From: Selaginella moellendorffii
Taxonomy: Eukaryota; Plantae; Lycopodiophyta
Assembly: GCF_000143415.4 (NCBI RefSeq)
Contig: NW_003314316.1
Location: forward strand, 750,669 to 814,668
Length of the DNA: 64,000 bases
Reading direction: 5' to 3'
The notes under the pieces were generated by a model. That model was not told where the DNA came from and did not search any database. It worked only from the letters and a program-made list of their open reading frames with translations. The translations under genes were made by a program, and so were the position numbers. Shown here one piece after another: positions 10,039-21,976 of this stretch. Position 1 is the stretch's first letter; every line of letters starts with the position of its first letter.

Positions 10039-11852
10039 TGTAAGCGACTAATTTTTCCATTCTACTTTAGTCACTTAACCACACCTCCGACCACTTGGAG
10101 GAGTCTCATTCACAACCTCCATAAGTCCAACTCAGGACTGGGGGCTTGCTAGCCCTGAGAATGGCATCCATGCCACTCAACCTTAGCACTTGGTCCGAGT
10201 GCTCCACGTGTCCGATCCCATGATTGACACCCCAAGGTACCACCGACGTATCGGCCCGTTATGCTAAGGCCATGCCCAATTACCTTGGTCACACTGGTGG
10301 TCCAACACCACTTGCATTCCAATCCCGTCTCTCAAAGACTGGGTCATCCGTCCATGAGGGATCACCCCAGATCCACTCCTTAACATCCTTAGGATGCTTA
10401 CAGACACGGGGAATAGCCTTCCCTAATATCTCTGTTCCGGTCCCCACCAAGTCCCTTTCTGTCCTTGGCTGTGTTCGCCAACACTGCCACTGGATCAAGG
10501 CCCATTGGCCTGACCACTAAGTCCCACTATCCTCTAGGACTTCCTCACTGTGTGACTATGTCCTTGGTCACCACACCAGAGGGCTACCCCTCTTCCTTTT
10601 CACAATCCGGGACTTTGGGACACCATTTCGAAACACCGTGACCCTACGTGGGCCTCATGGGTACTCTCCCCGCCTTCCGCCTTTAGGTGCTCTAGCCATG
10701 GGCTTAGAGCGAGGTTCCGTTGAGCCACGACAGGTATCCAAGTAGGTAGTGCCACCCACACTTGGACTGGGAGCATCGGCCAGTCGATCTCCCGGGGGAA
10801 CTAGAGCCGGCTCTTGAACACTTCACCAAGCTACCCCGCTTGTCGGTTCGTATTCACTCTAGTCTTGGACTTCCCAGTGGGCAGCTCATCACCCAACACT
10901 GGGTCCGGCCTTCCTGGGCCAAACTGGCCTTTCCTGGCCAAACTGGCTCCACTGCAGTCCTCCCCCTACTATACTTTTGGAGCTCACCAAACCCCCCAGG
11001 GTCTGGGAGACGAACGCTTTGGGCTTTCACCCTCTCAGACTCGAACTCGGACTCGGACTCGGACTCGGACTCGGACTCGGACTCGGACTCGGACTCGGAC
11101 TCGGACTCGGACTCGGGCTCGGGCTCGGTCTCGGCCTCGGCCTTGGTCTCGGTCTCGGTCCCGATCTCGGTCTCAGTCTCGGTCTCGGTCTCAGTCTCGG
11201 TCTCGGTCTCGGTCTCGGTCTTGGTCTCAGTCCTAGTTCCATCTCGGACTCCATCTCGGGTCCATCTCAGACTCCATCTCGGGTCCATCTCGGACTCCAT
11301 CTCGGACTCCATCTCGGGTCCATCTCGGACTCCACTTCGGGTCCATCTCCGGTCCATCTCGGACTCCATCTCGGACTTCATCTCGGACTCCATCTCGGGT
11401 CCATCTTGGACTCCATCTCGGGTCCATCTCGGACTCCATCTCGGGTCCATCTCGGACTCCATCTCGGACTCCATCTCGGGTCCATCTCGGACTCCATCTC
11501 GGACTTCATCTCGGACTCCATCTCGGGTCCATCTCGGACTCCATCTCGGGTCCACCTCGGACTCTATCTCGGACTCCATCTCGGGTCCATCTCGGGTCCA
11601 TCTCGGCGTCCATCTCGGACACTTCCACGTGTCATGTGTTGGTCCTTTTTGGGTCCCTTTTTGGAGCCTTGCCTATGGCTCGCTTCGTGCTCATTCCTCG
11701 AGCGCTTCTTTGGGAGTTCCACTCCCGCTCTTGACTTTTCAAGTCGGAGCTTTTGGTCCAAACGTGTTACGCTCGTTTGGCTCTCGCTTCGGCCACTACC
11801 ACGTGGCGCCCTTCCGGCTCCACTTTGGGGCCTAGGGATTTTGTGTCTCACA
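10039..11852 (-). repeat. Family A 3' LTR (1814 bp)
   Basis: Direct repeat of 15911-17620; about 2% substitutions by eye in the non-array part. Confidence 0.93.
11040..11620. repeat. Tandem array (GGACTC)n,(GGTCTC)n then mixed CCATCTCGGACT/CCATCTCGGGT units
   Basis: Directly visible 6-, 11- and 12-bp periodicity inside the LTR. Confidence 0.95.
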
Positions 11853-14800
11853 ACTCCACCACCCATAGACGAAGTTCGATGTCCTCATCGAACGGTAAAC
11901 CATTTTGTAAAGTAACACTCGCATGTGTTACCATTTCCATCCTTGGCACTCAGCCAATATTTGTCTATGGTTTGACATTGAAGGCTCACCATGCCTTATC
12001 CATCCTCCAAGGAGCATAGTCCCTCCAACTTAGAGACTCATTTGACCACTTGTGGTGGTTCTCTCCTTTTATTGGTTTAGTTTTCACTAAACCTGTTAGA
12101 GACACCTTCTCTAACTTAATTCCACTACTCATTCTCGAGTAGTCTCAGATTCTATCGACATAACCTTTGCACTTTGGAACTTTTAATTTTGACTTCTCAG
12201 AGTCAATTTCCTAGGTGTCTCTGACACCTTCCATTGCACATGGTGCAACTCCACTTCCCCATCCTGGGAAGTTCTTTACTTGAGGGCACCATCATCCTCT
12301 CTTCGATATCACGCCACCTTTGGCACTAAGTTCCAGTTATTACAATTTGTGCTAGGGCAGTCCATAGCCCTATTATTTGGCTACCTTACTCCCCCTTGGA
12401 GCTTCTACTTTCGCCAAATCGGAGCAGTTAGGAATCCATCTTTGGGAAAATATTGCTTTTCCCACAACCCGTTAGCACCCAACACATTAGTGTTTTTGGC
12501 CTATCTTTGCCATTTGGATTCTTTCCCCTGATTCCCATGGCTCTTTTCTTAGCCACTAGTTTCTTGCTCCTATCCTTGATTGTTGCATCCAACAACATAG
12601 GATCGCTACCTCCATTTTCGAGGTATCCTTTCGGTTCCATAGCAAAGACTCTCCTTTGCCAAGTTCGGAGGGTGTCCACCCCTAGTACGTCTCTTTAGCA
12701 TCTTTTGCTATGGGCTCTATCCACGGCCCAATTGTGTGACCCTCCCATGGGTCTCTTATAGAGACTACTTCCCTTGAACTCACTATGCCATTGTATTGAC
12801 ATATCTTTTTTCCCTTAGGTGTCCTTCCCACTTGGTCACCTTGACCAAGCCACACCATTATCAATAGTTCAAATCAACGCTTTGAACTAGAAACCTTGTT
12901 CCTTAACCTCACAAGGACCTTGTCCTTGTTTTTAGCCATAAGATCACCTAGTGATCTAACCTTGGCACCTTAATAGGTTTGCCAATAGGTACTAGGTCTC
13001 CTCGACCTTTATGTTGTTGACTATGACCCCGGGGGCATCCCCCACACTTGGCGGTGCGCCCAAGCCAGCCCTTCCAGCCAAGGGTCCATAGCAACTGAGA
13101 TTAGGTGTCCCCATCTCACTCACCACGTCCTTGGTGCCACTTGCACCAAAGCGTTCAAGTTAGATATGCCGAGCTTTCACCCTAAGCAATCTAACCGTGC
13201 ATCACGACTCCGAGGCATCCCTCACTTGGCGATGTGCCCAAACTAGTCTCCCCACTGAGAGTCCATGACCACCGAAATATGAATGTCCTCATATTCCAAA
13301 CCATCACCACGCCCTAGTGATTTGGGACTCGAACCCAAGCACTAGAGGGTCGGGACTCGAACCCAACCTCCGTATATGCATCTACGAATGGCATCACACC
13401 GGATGCCTGGCGTGACTCCCCACGCCGGTGCACCAATTTATACTCAAAGCGCGCTATAGATCACAGCTTAGGAACCTAGTTCCTCCCCACTGCCAAGTCC
13501 TCTCACTTGACTAGCCTGTGATCATGCATGGACTCTTCCATGCTTGGCCCCATGGCCCACCCTTTTTGAAGTTATCACCTTCAACTAGGGTATTTGTTCC
13601 CTTGACTTGCCAATCTCGCTTTGGCAAGTCCTCCGACCACTGTAACATGGTTCCTGCACAAGCGTGAAAGCCCTCGATCATCGACTTTCGTTCAAAGCCT
13701 TCTCTTTGAACACTCGGGAACTACTTCCCTAATCTTGATAGCCTTGCCTCATGGCAAGCTTCAAGACCACGCTTCTACTGCGCCACTCTAATTTCACGCG
13801 TTCCTTGAACCATTTACGCTTGGCCTTTCTAGGTACTAAGCTACCTAGAATCCTCTTTGGGAACCTTGAAGGAACTCTGTCCCTTAGCTTGCTAAGGCCC
13901 CCCGTTTCTGCAAGTTTTCCAATTACCATATAGTCTAACATGGACAATTCCATATTTTAGACTCCCCATGGCATCACGGTTGCTAGCGGCAACACCCTCG
14001 AGCCCCCACTTGATTCTCCACTCCCAGCTGGCATAACCAACCTTGGTTATGCCCTTCGATTCCTATGGTTCGGTTTTATCCCTTTACTTCTTGCTTTTGG
14101 CTTCACACCTTTCCTTCGGTCATTCTCCTCCAGACCAAGAGGATAGCTTTGCACTTTCTGTCATGCCTTAGCAAGTATTCTTAGGGATGAACCTACCCAA
14201 TAGCCCATGGAGTGGTTCCTCAATCCGGGTATGCTCACCTTATAATCCCACACACTGGGATTACATTGTTGCTTATGGGCCTTTACATGCCCATCACTAG
14301 CCTTGCCAAAATTCCATTTTTGGCTTTGTCCAACTCGGGTAGACAGTCCTCTCCTGTCTCCGCAACCTTGGACATTTGGATAGCACCTTCTATCCATCAT
14401 TCGCTAGGGACTTAGTCCCTTGGGCCTTATCCATTGCCCTCGCGACATCAAACACCACCTTCTGGTGTTCTAGAGTGTTAGGGTGTCCCAATGATGGCTT
14501 TCTTGACAATGAGTATTTCCTTTTATGACATTGACTTACTATATCGCAACATAAGCAATTTATCCCCCGTAAGGGTATATCTAACTTCTTTATGCCATTA
14601 AGAAGTCTTGGGTAGCTACCTTCTACCCATTTAACCAATTATCTTGCACCTCTTGCTTAGTTGCCCCATAATTGTCAAGTACTACAACTCATTGCTCGGT
14701 GCTTCCACACCTCCATCATTATCTGAGTCACCACACTCTAACCGCATGCTTTCCAGCTTAGGCCATGCCATTCCCATTTCCATTGGGATTCCTTTGGACG

Positions 14801-15910
14801 GGGTTTTCATGAACCCGCCAACTTGACCTCAAGGAAACACGCCTTGGCACCTTTGGTGTCTCCACACCATCAGCTCCACGAGCCTATCCTTATAACACTA
14901 CTTATTAGTGTTTAGGTCTTTGCCAAGACCAATATAGTTGTTCCTCATGCTAACTATCCATTAGCACCGCACCATAGTGTTTGCACCCGACTCTGGGCCA
15001 AAGTTGCTCTCTTCTGGGAACATCTTTCCCACGACTTTAATGTGGCACATTCTGCCATTAATGAGATACTCATTGTTCTCATACTTGGATATTATGATCC
15101 TCCCCATACCTCATGGGGCATCATACACCTCCGTCCAAATGCTTCAACCAATCCCTTAGGACCATTCCCCGACTCCACTTGAGTCATCCAGCATTTTAGA
15201 CTTTGCTAATCCAATGACCTGCGAGGTCTTAGTCTTCGAGGTGTCAACTCGCTGGAATACAACTTCTTGTATTCAGGTCCTACTCACAAGGACCATATTT
15301 GCAAGTGTTACTCCGACACTTGATTTGTTCTCTTGGGGCAACCTTTTGCCCCTTAGGACCACTTGTTCATGTGATGAGAATACCAACTCATCCTCTAAGC
15401 ACACCCCCAACTCCTTGGGTTATTCCAGCATTTATTAGAGGTAGCACTAGCTACCATTTCAAGGACCTGTGTCTTCTTCCGTATTTGACCTCCCATGGTC
15501 ATTACCTCTGGTCTCACATTCATGAGCACCAACCTCAACTATATGAGGATAATCTTGTAACTCCTTTATTATTTTGGAGTCTACATCTTTCCCGTGATCC
15601 CAACTATAGTTGTTTATCACAACTACGTTAGCCCGTTTGCTGCGTCAAATGCTCATTTGGATCACATCCTCAGCTCTCTGAGGAGATCTTATACTATTCC
15701 CAAGATCCCAAAGTCGTTCCATTATTGGCCCTTTTCTATCCACCACATTGTGCCCAAGTTCACGCATGGACTTGAGTGGAGAGCTATGTCCTCTCGACAT
15801 GCTACTTCTCAAGGATAGGCCCACTCCTCGGACCTTCCGTTGCCAACATCAATGGTGATATACTCAAGCACCAATAAAAGTCGGACTAAGGAACAACTCC
15901 GATACCAAAT

Positions 15911-17620
15911 TGTAAGCGACTAATTTTTCCATTCTACTTTAGTCACTTAACCACACCTCCGACCACTTGGAGGAGTCTCATTCACAACCTCCATAAGTCC
16001 AACTCAAGACTGGGGGCTTGCTAGCCCCGAGAATGGCATCCATGCCACTCAACCTTAGCACTTGGTCCGAGTGCTCCACGTGTCCGATCCCATGATCGAC
16101 ACCCCAAGGTACCACCAACGTATCGGCCCGTTACGCTAAGGCCATGCCCAATTACCTTGGTCACACTGGTGGTCCAACACCACTTGCATTCCAATCCCAT
16201 ATCTCAAAGACTGGGTCATCCGTCCATGAGGGATCATCCCAGATCCACTCCTTAACATCCTTAGGATGCTTACAGACACGGGGAATAGCCTTCCCCAATA
16301 TCTCTGTTCCGGTCCCCACCAAGTCCCTTTCTGTCCTTAGCTGTGTTCGCCAACATTGCCACTGGATCAAGGCCCACCGGCCTGACCACTAAGTCCCACT
16401 ATCCTCTAGGACTTCCTCACTGTGTGACTGTGTCCTTGGTCACCACACCAGAGGGCTACCCCTCTTCCTTTCCACAGTCCGGGACTTTGGGACACCATTT
16501 CGGAACACCGTGACCCTACGTGGGCCTCATGGGTACTCTCCCCGCCTTCCGCCTTTAGGTGCTCTAGCCATGGGCTTAGAGCGAGGTTCCGTTGAGCCAC
16601 GACAGGTATCCAAGTAGGTAGTGCCACCCACACTTGGACTGGGAGCATCGGCCAGTCGATCTCCCGGGGGAACTAGAGCCGACTCTTGAACACTTCACCA
16701 AGCTACCCCGCTTGTCGGTTCGTATTCACTCTAGTCTTGGACTTCCCAGTGGGCAGCTCATCACCCAACACTGGGTCCGGCCTTCTTGGGCCAAACTGGC
16801 CTTTCCTGGCCAAACTGGCTCCACTCCTACTATACTTTTGGAGCTCACCAAACCCCCCAGGGTCTGGGAGACGAACGCTTTGGGCTTTCACCCTCTCAGA
16901 CTCGAACTCGGACTCGGACTCGGACTCGGACTCGGACTCGGACTCGGACTCGGACTCGGACTCGGGCTCGGGCTCGGTCTCGGCCTCGGCCTTGGTCTCG
17001 GTCTCGGTCCCGATCTCGGTCTCAGTCTCGGTCTCGGTCTCAGTCTCGGTCTCGGTCTCGGTCTCGGTCTTGGTCTCAGTCCCGGTTCCATCTCGGACTC
17101 CATCTCGGACTCCATCTCGGGTCCATCTCGGACTCCACTTCGGGTCCATCTCAGACTCCATCTCGGGTCCATCTCGGACTCCATCTCGGACTTCATCTCG
17201 GACTCCATCTCGGGTCCATCTCGGACTCCATCTCGGGTCCATCTCGGACTCCATCTCGGACTCCATCTCGGGTCCATCTCGGGTCCATCTCGGACTCCAT
17301 CTCGGGTCCATCTCGGGTCCACCTCGGACTCCATCTCGGACTCCATCTCAGACTCCATCTCGGACTCCAACTTGGGTCCATCTCGGACACTTCCACGTGT
17401 CATGTGTTGGTCCTTTTTGGGTCCCTTTTTGGAGCCTTGCCTATGGCTCGCTTCGTGCTCATTCCTCGAGCGCTTCTTTGGGAGTTCCACTCCCGCTCTT
17501 GACTTTTCAAGTCGGAGCTTTTGGTCCAAACGTGTTACGCTCGTTTGGCTCTCGCTTCGGCCACTACCACGTGGCGCCCTTCCGGCTCCACTTTGGGGCC
17601 TAGGGATTTTATGTCTCACA
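15911..17620 (-). repeat. Family A 5' LTR (1710 bp) with tandem array at ~16900-17389
   Basis: Adjacent to the PBS complement CTCCGATACCA; ends ..GTCTCACA followed by TSD CTACC. Confidence 0.93.
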
Positions 17621-17625
17621 CTACC

Positions 17626-18900
17626 TTTTCTTGATAAGGTTCGCGAGGCTCAAAAATTTGAGCTATGGATATAAAGGCTTCGATATGGGTTTGAGAATCT
17701 TACATCACTTATTGATGACTTGCCATTCCAACATTTACATTCTCAGTATCATCTTGAAGATGGCCTTCTTTATTTTGTAGGGATGGATCTTGATGATCAT
17801 TTATGGCTAGTGGTACCTTTTGTCTTTATCCCGCGGTTTCTCCATACTTACCATGATTCTCTTGTTTTAGGTGGGCATATGGGACATCGTCATGTAATCG
17901 AGAAGCTGCACAAGTCTTTCTATTGGCCGGAGATGCAACATGATATTATTCGATATGTGCGTAGTTGCATTTGGTGCCAAATTCATAATACTCCCCCTCG
18001 TGCTACGAAAGGACAGTTGGAGTCTATTGTAGTTTCCCGTCCATTTGAGTTAGTGGTGTTTAATCTTATGGGACCTTTTCCACGATCGACTGTTGGCAAT
18101 GAGTATGTTATTATTGCTTCTGACTACTTAACTCATTAGGTGGAAGTTGATGCTCTTGCTAGTGCCTCTGCAACTGCTGTTAGATACTTCCTCCTTAATT
18201 GAGTGGTGTTCTAGCATTCTTGTCCAAAGCGGATTCTTTCGGATAATGGTCCCGCATTTATGGCTGAGGCATTTCATGTTTTGACGTCTTGGTTGGGGAT
18301 ACGCTACACTTTCACGAGTGTTTATCATCCACAATCAGACGGTATGGTGGAACTGCTCGTTTGGACATTCAAAGGGGTGATTGCGAAGTATGTGAACTTT
18401 CAGCATTCGGATTGGGATGGTTATTTGCCGTCTCTTCGGTATGCCTATGTCACAGGGGTGTAGAATTCTGTTGGTGCTTCACCATATAACTCTTATATGG
18501 TCATAATCCAATATTACAAACGGAGCTGGGTTTACCTTCGCAATTTCCACAAGCTCTCAATGCTAGGTCGTGGGATTAATATTTGATGAGCATTCTCCAT
18601 TTGTCCGAGCAAAGTCTATTGAACACTTAGGCCGCATACAAGTGGGAGAAAAATGGCACTACAATTCCCATCATCATCTACCTATGAAGTACAAAATGAA
18701 TGATTTAGTGTTAGTTCGTTTTCCCCATCTTACAGTACGTGGTTTATCTAAGGGGCTCCTTGTGCAGTGGAAAGGACCGTATCAGGTGTTGTGGCAAGTT
18801 GGACTACAAGTTTATGATGTTCGGCATGATGTTCAGCAAGCCAATCCTCTGGAGATTGTGCATGTGCAATAGTTAAAACGTTTCATACAAAGGGATCAAG
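17626..18900 (+). pseudogene. Gypsy integrase remnant
   Basis: HDSLVLGGHMG..FYWP..C..C (HHCC), RPFELV..LMGPFP, SDNGPAF, YHPQSDGMVE and WKGPY, with in-frame stops. Confidence 0.9.
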
Positions 18901-19015
18901 AATAGTTAATACCATCTACAGATCCACCGATACCTTCTCCTAATGTTCCTTTAGATCCCAGCCTATCTACAAAAGAACCTTAATGGCTTTTCATTATTCC
19001 AAGAGGAGGGGATGA

Positions 19016-19204
19016 TGTAAAGGCTAAATGTATGGTTACGATGTTGTATACTAATATTAGCATAGTGGGATTTTGATAGCCGTTGGATTGGTTTCAGTCC
19101 AGGCCACTCACTCCTGTATATAAATTAGAGTTTTTGGGTTAGAGTTTTTGGGTTAATTAATATGCACATTTTCTGTATTCCTTTCCATATTCCAATCACT
19201 CACA
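19016..19204 (+). repeat. Gypsy 3' LTR
   Basis: Preceded by PPT, followed by TSD CTAC; contains a small internal duplication TTAGAGTTTTTGGG. Confidence 0.88.
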
Positions 19205-19303
19205 CTACTAAATATAAACCATGTTTTGAAAAAGAAAAGGTATTAAATAAAGTTAAAGATAATATTCTTAACTTTACATTTATTTAGCACTTCATAAAGT
19301 TTT

Positions 19304-20866
19304 TCAGCTCTCAAGGAAAACTTTTCCACCTCTTGCCATTGTTTCCGAGGCTTCCATCGCAGCCTTAAACTCGGAGAGAGGGAATCTCTTGCCGGAAAAG
19401 GGCTGGATGACTTTGGATTCCAAGAGCTTCCACGCTTCGCTGATGAAAGCGTTTCTCTCCTGCTCGATCTCCCAGTGATTCACGAGGATCCAGCCGGTAA
19501 CGCGAACTTGCCGGAGCAGATCGTGGATGCGGATGCTTGCTTCCATGGAGGACAGAACGCCGTAAACGAAAACCGTGCCCCCTCGCCTCACGCTTGCGGC
19601 CACACTCTGGAAAATCGAAGCAAAAGACGAGTAAAGCCCGAGAAATTCTTCCATGAAAAGCAAAACCTTTGTTAGCTCTCCTCCAACGCAATCTAGAGCC
19701 CCGTGGACCAGTTTTTTGTCCGTGATCTCCTTCACTCTCGCAACAACGTCTGGAAGAGGAGATAAGTTACCAAGAACAAGAATTCACTCGAACGCCGTCA
19801 CCTTCGGTGGTGGAGCATATAACTTCGTCGGCTCCGAGTTGTCTCAACTCCTCCTTTTGCTCCTCGCGTCTCACAACGTTGATGGTTTTGATCCCCAAGT
19901 GCTTCGCGAGCTGGATGATTTGCCTGTAGAAACACACGCTAAGTTACCTTCCTAACAAAAAGAAGAATCAACACGAGACCTGCCTAACACTGATCCAGCT
20001 GCTGTTTGCAAGATGTATTCCCCTCGAGGAGTTGCAAGGTCCCTGAGCATCCCAATGGCGGTCCAGGGATTGATGACAAACTGTGCCGCTACTTCGTCGG
20101 GAATGGAATCGGGAACCAAAGAGAGCATCTCTTCTCGCACGGAGACGTAGTCTTGCCACGAGCCATCGCCGGTTTGCTTCAGTCCCTCCCACATGAAAGG
20201 AACTACGCGTTGTCCAACCTTCACTTTCGTGACACCATCTCCGACCTGTAAACTTGACACAATCAGTCCAAATGCAAAAGAAAAACGTAAGCTGGGATTC
20301 ACAACTAAGTTTGCTGGAATTCAATGCTAGCAAGAAGTTCTAAAGCCTAGAAAGCCATGGAACTCGTAGCAAACGAGCAATTATCCAAGACTTTTCCAAG
20401 GAATTCTCTGATCACATACCAAATGCAAAAGAAAAACGAAAGCTGGGATTCACAACTAAGTTCGCTGGAAATTCGAGAACTAGGCTAGCATCGAATCTCC
20501 TTGCAAGAAGCTAGCAACAAGACTTTCAAGTTCTAAAGCCCAGACAGCCATCAAAACGAAAATAGAGAGCTCATAGCCAACGAGAAATCATCCAAAACCA
20601 CGAGAGCCAAGAATTTTCCAAGGAATGGTCTGATCACATACCGCGTGAACGATCCCGTATCCTTCAGAGCCCGGAGTAGAGACCGGATGCCCGAATCGAC
20701 CAGTGCGGATGGAGACGAGATCCGTGGGATTGATCGGCCTGAGAAGAATGCGCACAATCACACGACCTGGCGAGGGATCCGGCACCGGCTTGCTGGTGAG
20801 CTCCAGCTCCAGCTCACCTCCATCGCCGCGCTTAGCCACAATCGCGCGATTAGTGATCGCTGCCAT
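19304..20866 (-). CDS. MDR-superfamily NADPH oxidoreductase (trans-2-enoyl-CoA reductase-like), multi-exon
   Basis: RPINPTDL..PGSEGYGIV, VGQRVV..GSWQDY, AAQFVINPWTA, LQTAAGSVLGR, ALDCVGG, GGKVFL*; ATG 20866. Confidence 0.88.
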
Positions 20867-21175
20867 GGCGGAGCTACGCAACAGAAAACCTCGAAAGTTT
20901 AATGGCCAAAACAGAACATATTCCCTACTTTTAACCTTTCAGGTAAGGAAAAACAAAATTACCTGCTGTAAAAATGTAAATATTTTGGCCCACAAGGCAA
21001 GACAAGTGTGGCCACCATCTTTGGAGAAAAAGAACATCTGTGGGAGGTTTCCAGCTGGCAGCCAACCAGTGGTAGGTTGCCAGTGCCAAACTGGCTGGAG
21101 AGAGAGAGAGGGTCCTTCCTCTTTTTAAACCCTAAAAATATATCCCCTGGGCCTTGTTGTTTTGTTGCAGCCAAA

Positions 21176-21854
21176 ATGGTGGGAGCCTCTTCCAATGCCA
21201 CTCTCAAGGACAACCTCTTGAGCCTCCAGGAGCTGGCTAGAAAAATGGACGATTTCGCCAAAGCCAGAGACTGGGACCAGTTCCACAGCCCAAGAAATCT
21301 GCTCCTGGCACTTGTATGAATCTGCAAAGCTTTCCATCCATCTTTCCTGTTGCTCCTTCCATATGTTCCAGTCATTTCCTCCATTCCCTGTGCTTGTTTT
21401 GTTTTGTTTCCTGGAGTCTATATCAAGGAGTCCCTGTTTGTTTCCCAGAAGCACAGCTCTCGTGTGAAATTCATCTGTCTCTAAAGAGTTGTATGTTCCC
21501 TGTGCTTTTCTGCTTTGCACGCTCCATGCTTTGCACTGTGAGAGAGATCAGCTGACTTACTTGCAGGAGGGAAGCGCACAGGTTGGCGAAGTTGGCGAGC
21601 TCTCCGAAGTATTCCAGTGGAAGGGAGAAGTCCAGAAAGGCCTTCCCGATTGGACTGCCGCCGAGAAGGAGCATCTCGGCGACGAGCTGTCCGATGTGCT
21701 GCTCTATCTCACGCGCCTGGCGGATGTCTGCGGGGTGGATTTGAGCCAGGCCGCTCTTCGCAAGCTCGCCAAGAATGACAAGAAGTATCCCGTGGACAAG
21801 TGCCGAGGCTCCTCCAACAAGGACACCGCCTACGAAGGCCACACTGGGAGATAG
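21176..21854 (+). CDS. dCTP pyrophosphatase 1-like (MazG-like), 2 exons
   Basis: FAKARDWDQFHSPRNLLLAL|VGEVGELSEVFQW..ELSDVLLYLTRLAD..KNDKKYP; intron 21314-21581. Confidence 0.93.
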
Positions 21855-21976
21855 AAATGAATCTCATATTTTCGCTCGATCGCGGTTTTGACGAGATCTG
21901 ACGCCTGTAAGAAGAACGCCAAGGTCGTTTCTGGACATATAGATGAGTGCTGACATTGTTTACCTCTTGTTTTGTC

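Larger units (their letters stand above)
10039..17620 (-). mobile_element. Non-autonomous Ty1/Copia-derived LTR element, family A copy 1, nested in Gypsy pol
   Basis: LTRs at 10039-11852 and 15911-17620 (TGT..ACA); 5-bp TSD CTACC on both sides; PBS TGGTATCGGAG (tRNA-iMet type) on the minus strand; faint Copia integrase, SH3 and RT motifs (GSLVPRKAKRKWF; VFAMEPKGY) in INT-before-RT order. Confidence 0.9.
6607..19204 (+). mobile_element. Degenerate Ty3/Gypsy LTR retrotransposon, interrupted by a nested element
   Basis: Diverged TG..CA LTRs at 6607-6776 and 19016-19204; 4-bp TSD CTAC (6603-6606 / 19205-19208); PBS-like TGGTGGAGGTG; PPT AAGAGGAGGGGA; domain order gag-PR-RT-RH-INT. Confidence 0.92.

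Noticed and set aside
11239-11620. CRISPR-like appearance of the array
   Set aside because: No unique spacers, units of only 11-12 bp, no cas genes, eukaryotic LTR context.
10762-11915. Long SD/SV/LG/RT-rich ORFs (also 16634-17674 and 43507-44671)
   Set aside because: By-products of stop-free 6/11/12-bp repeats; open in several frames on both strands; several have TTG starts; frames differ between copies.
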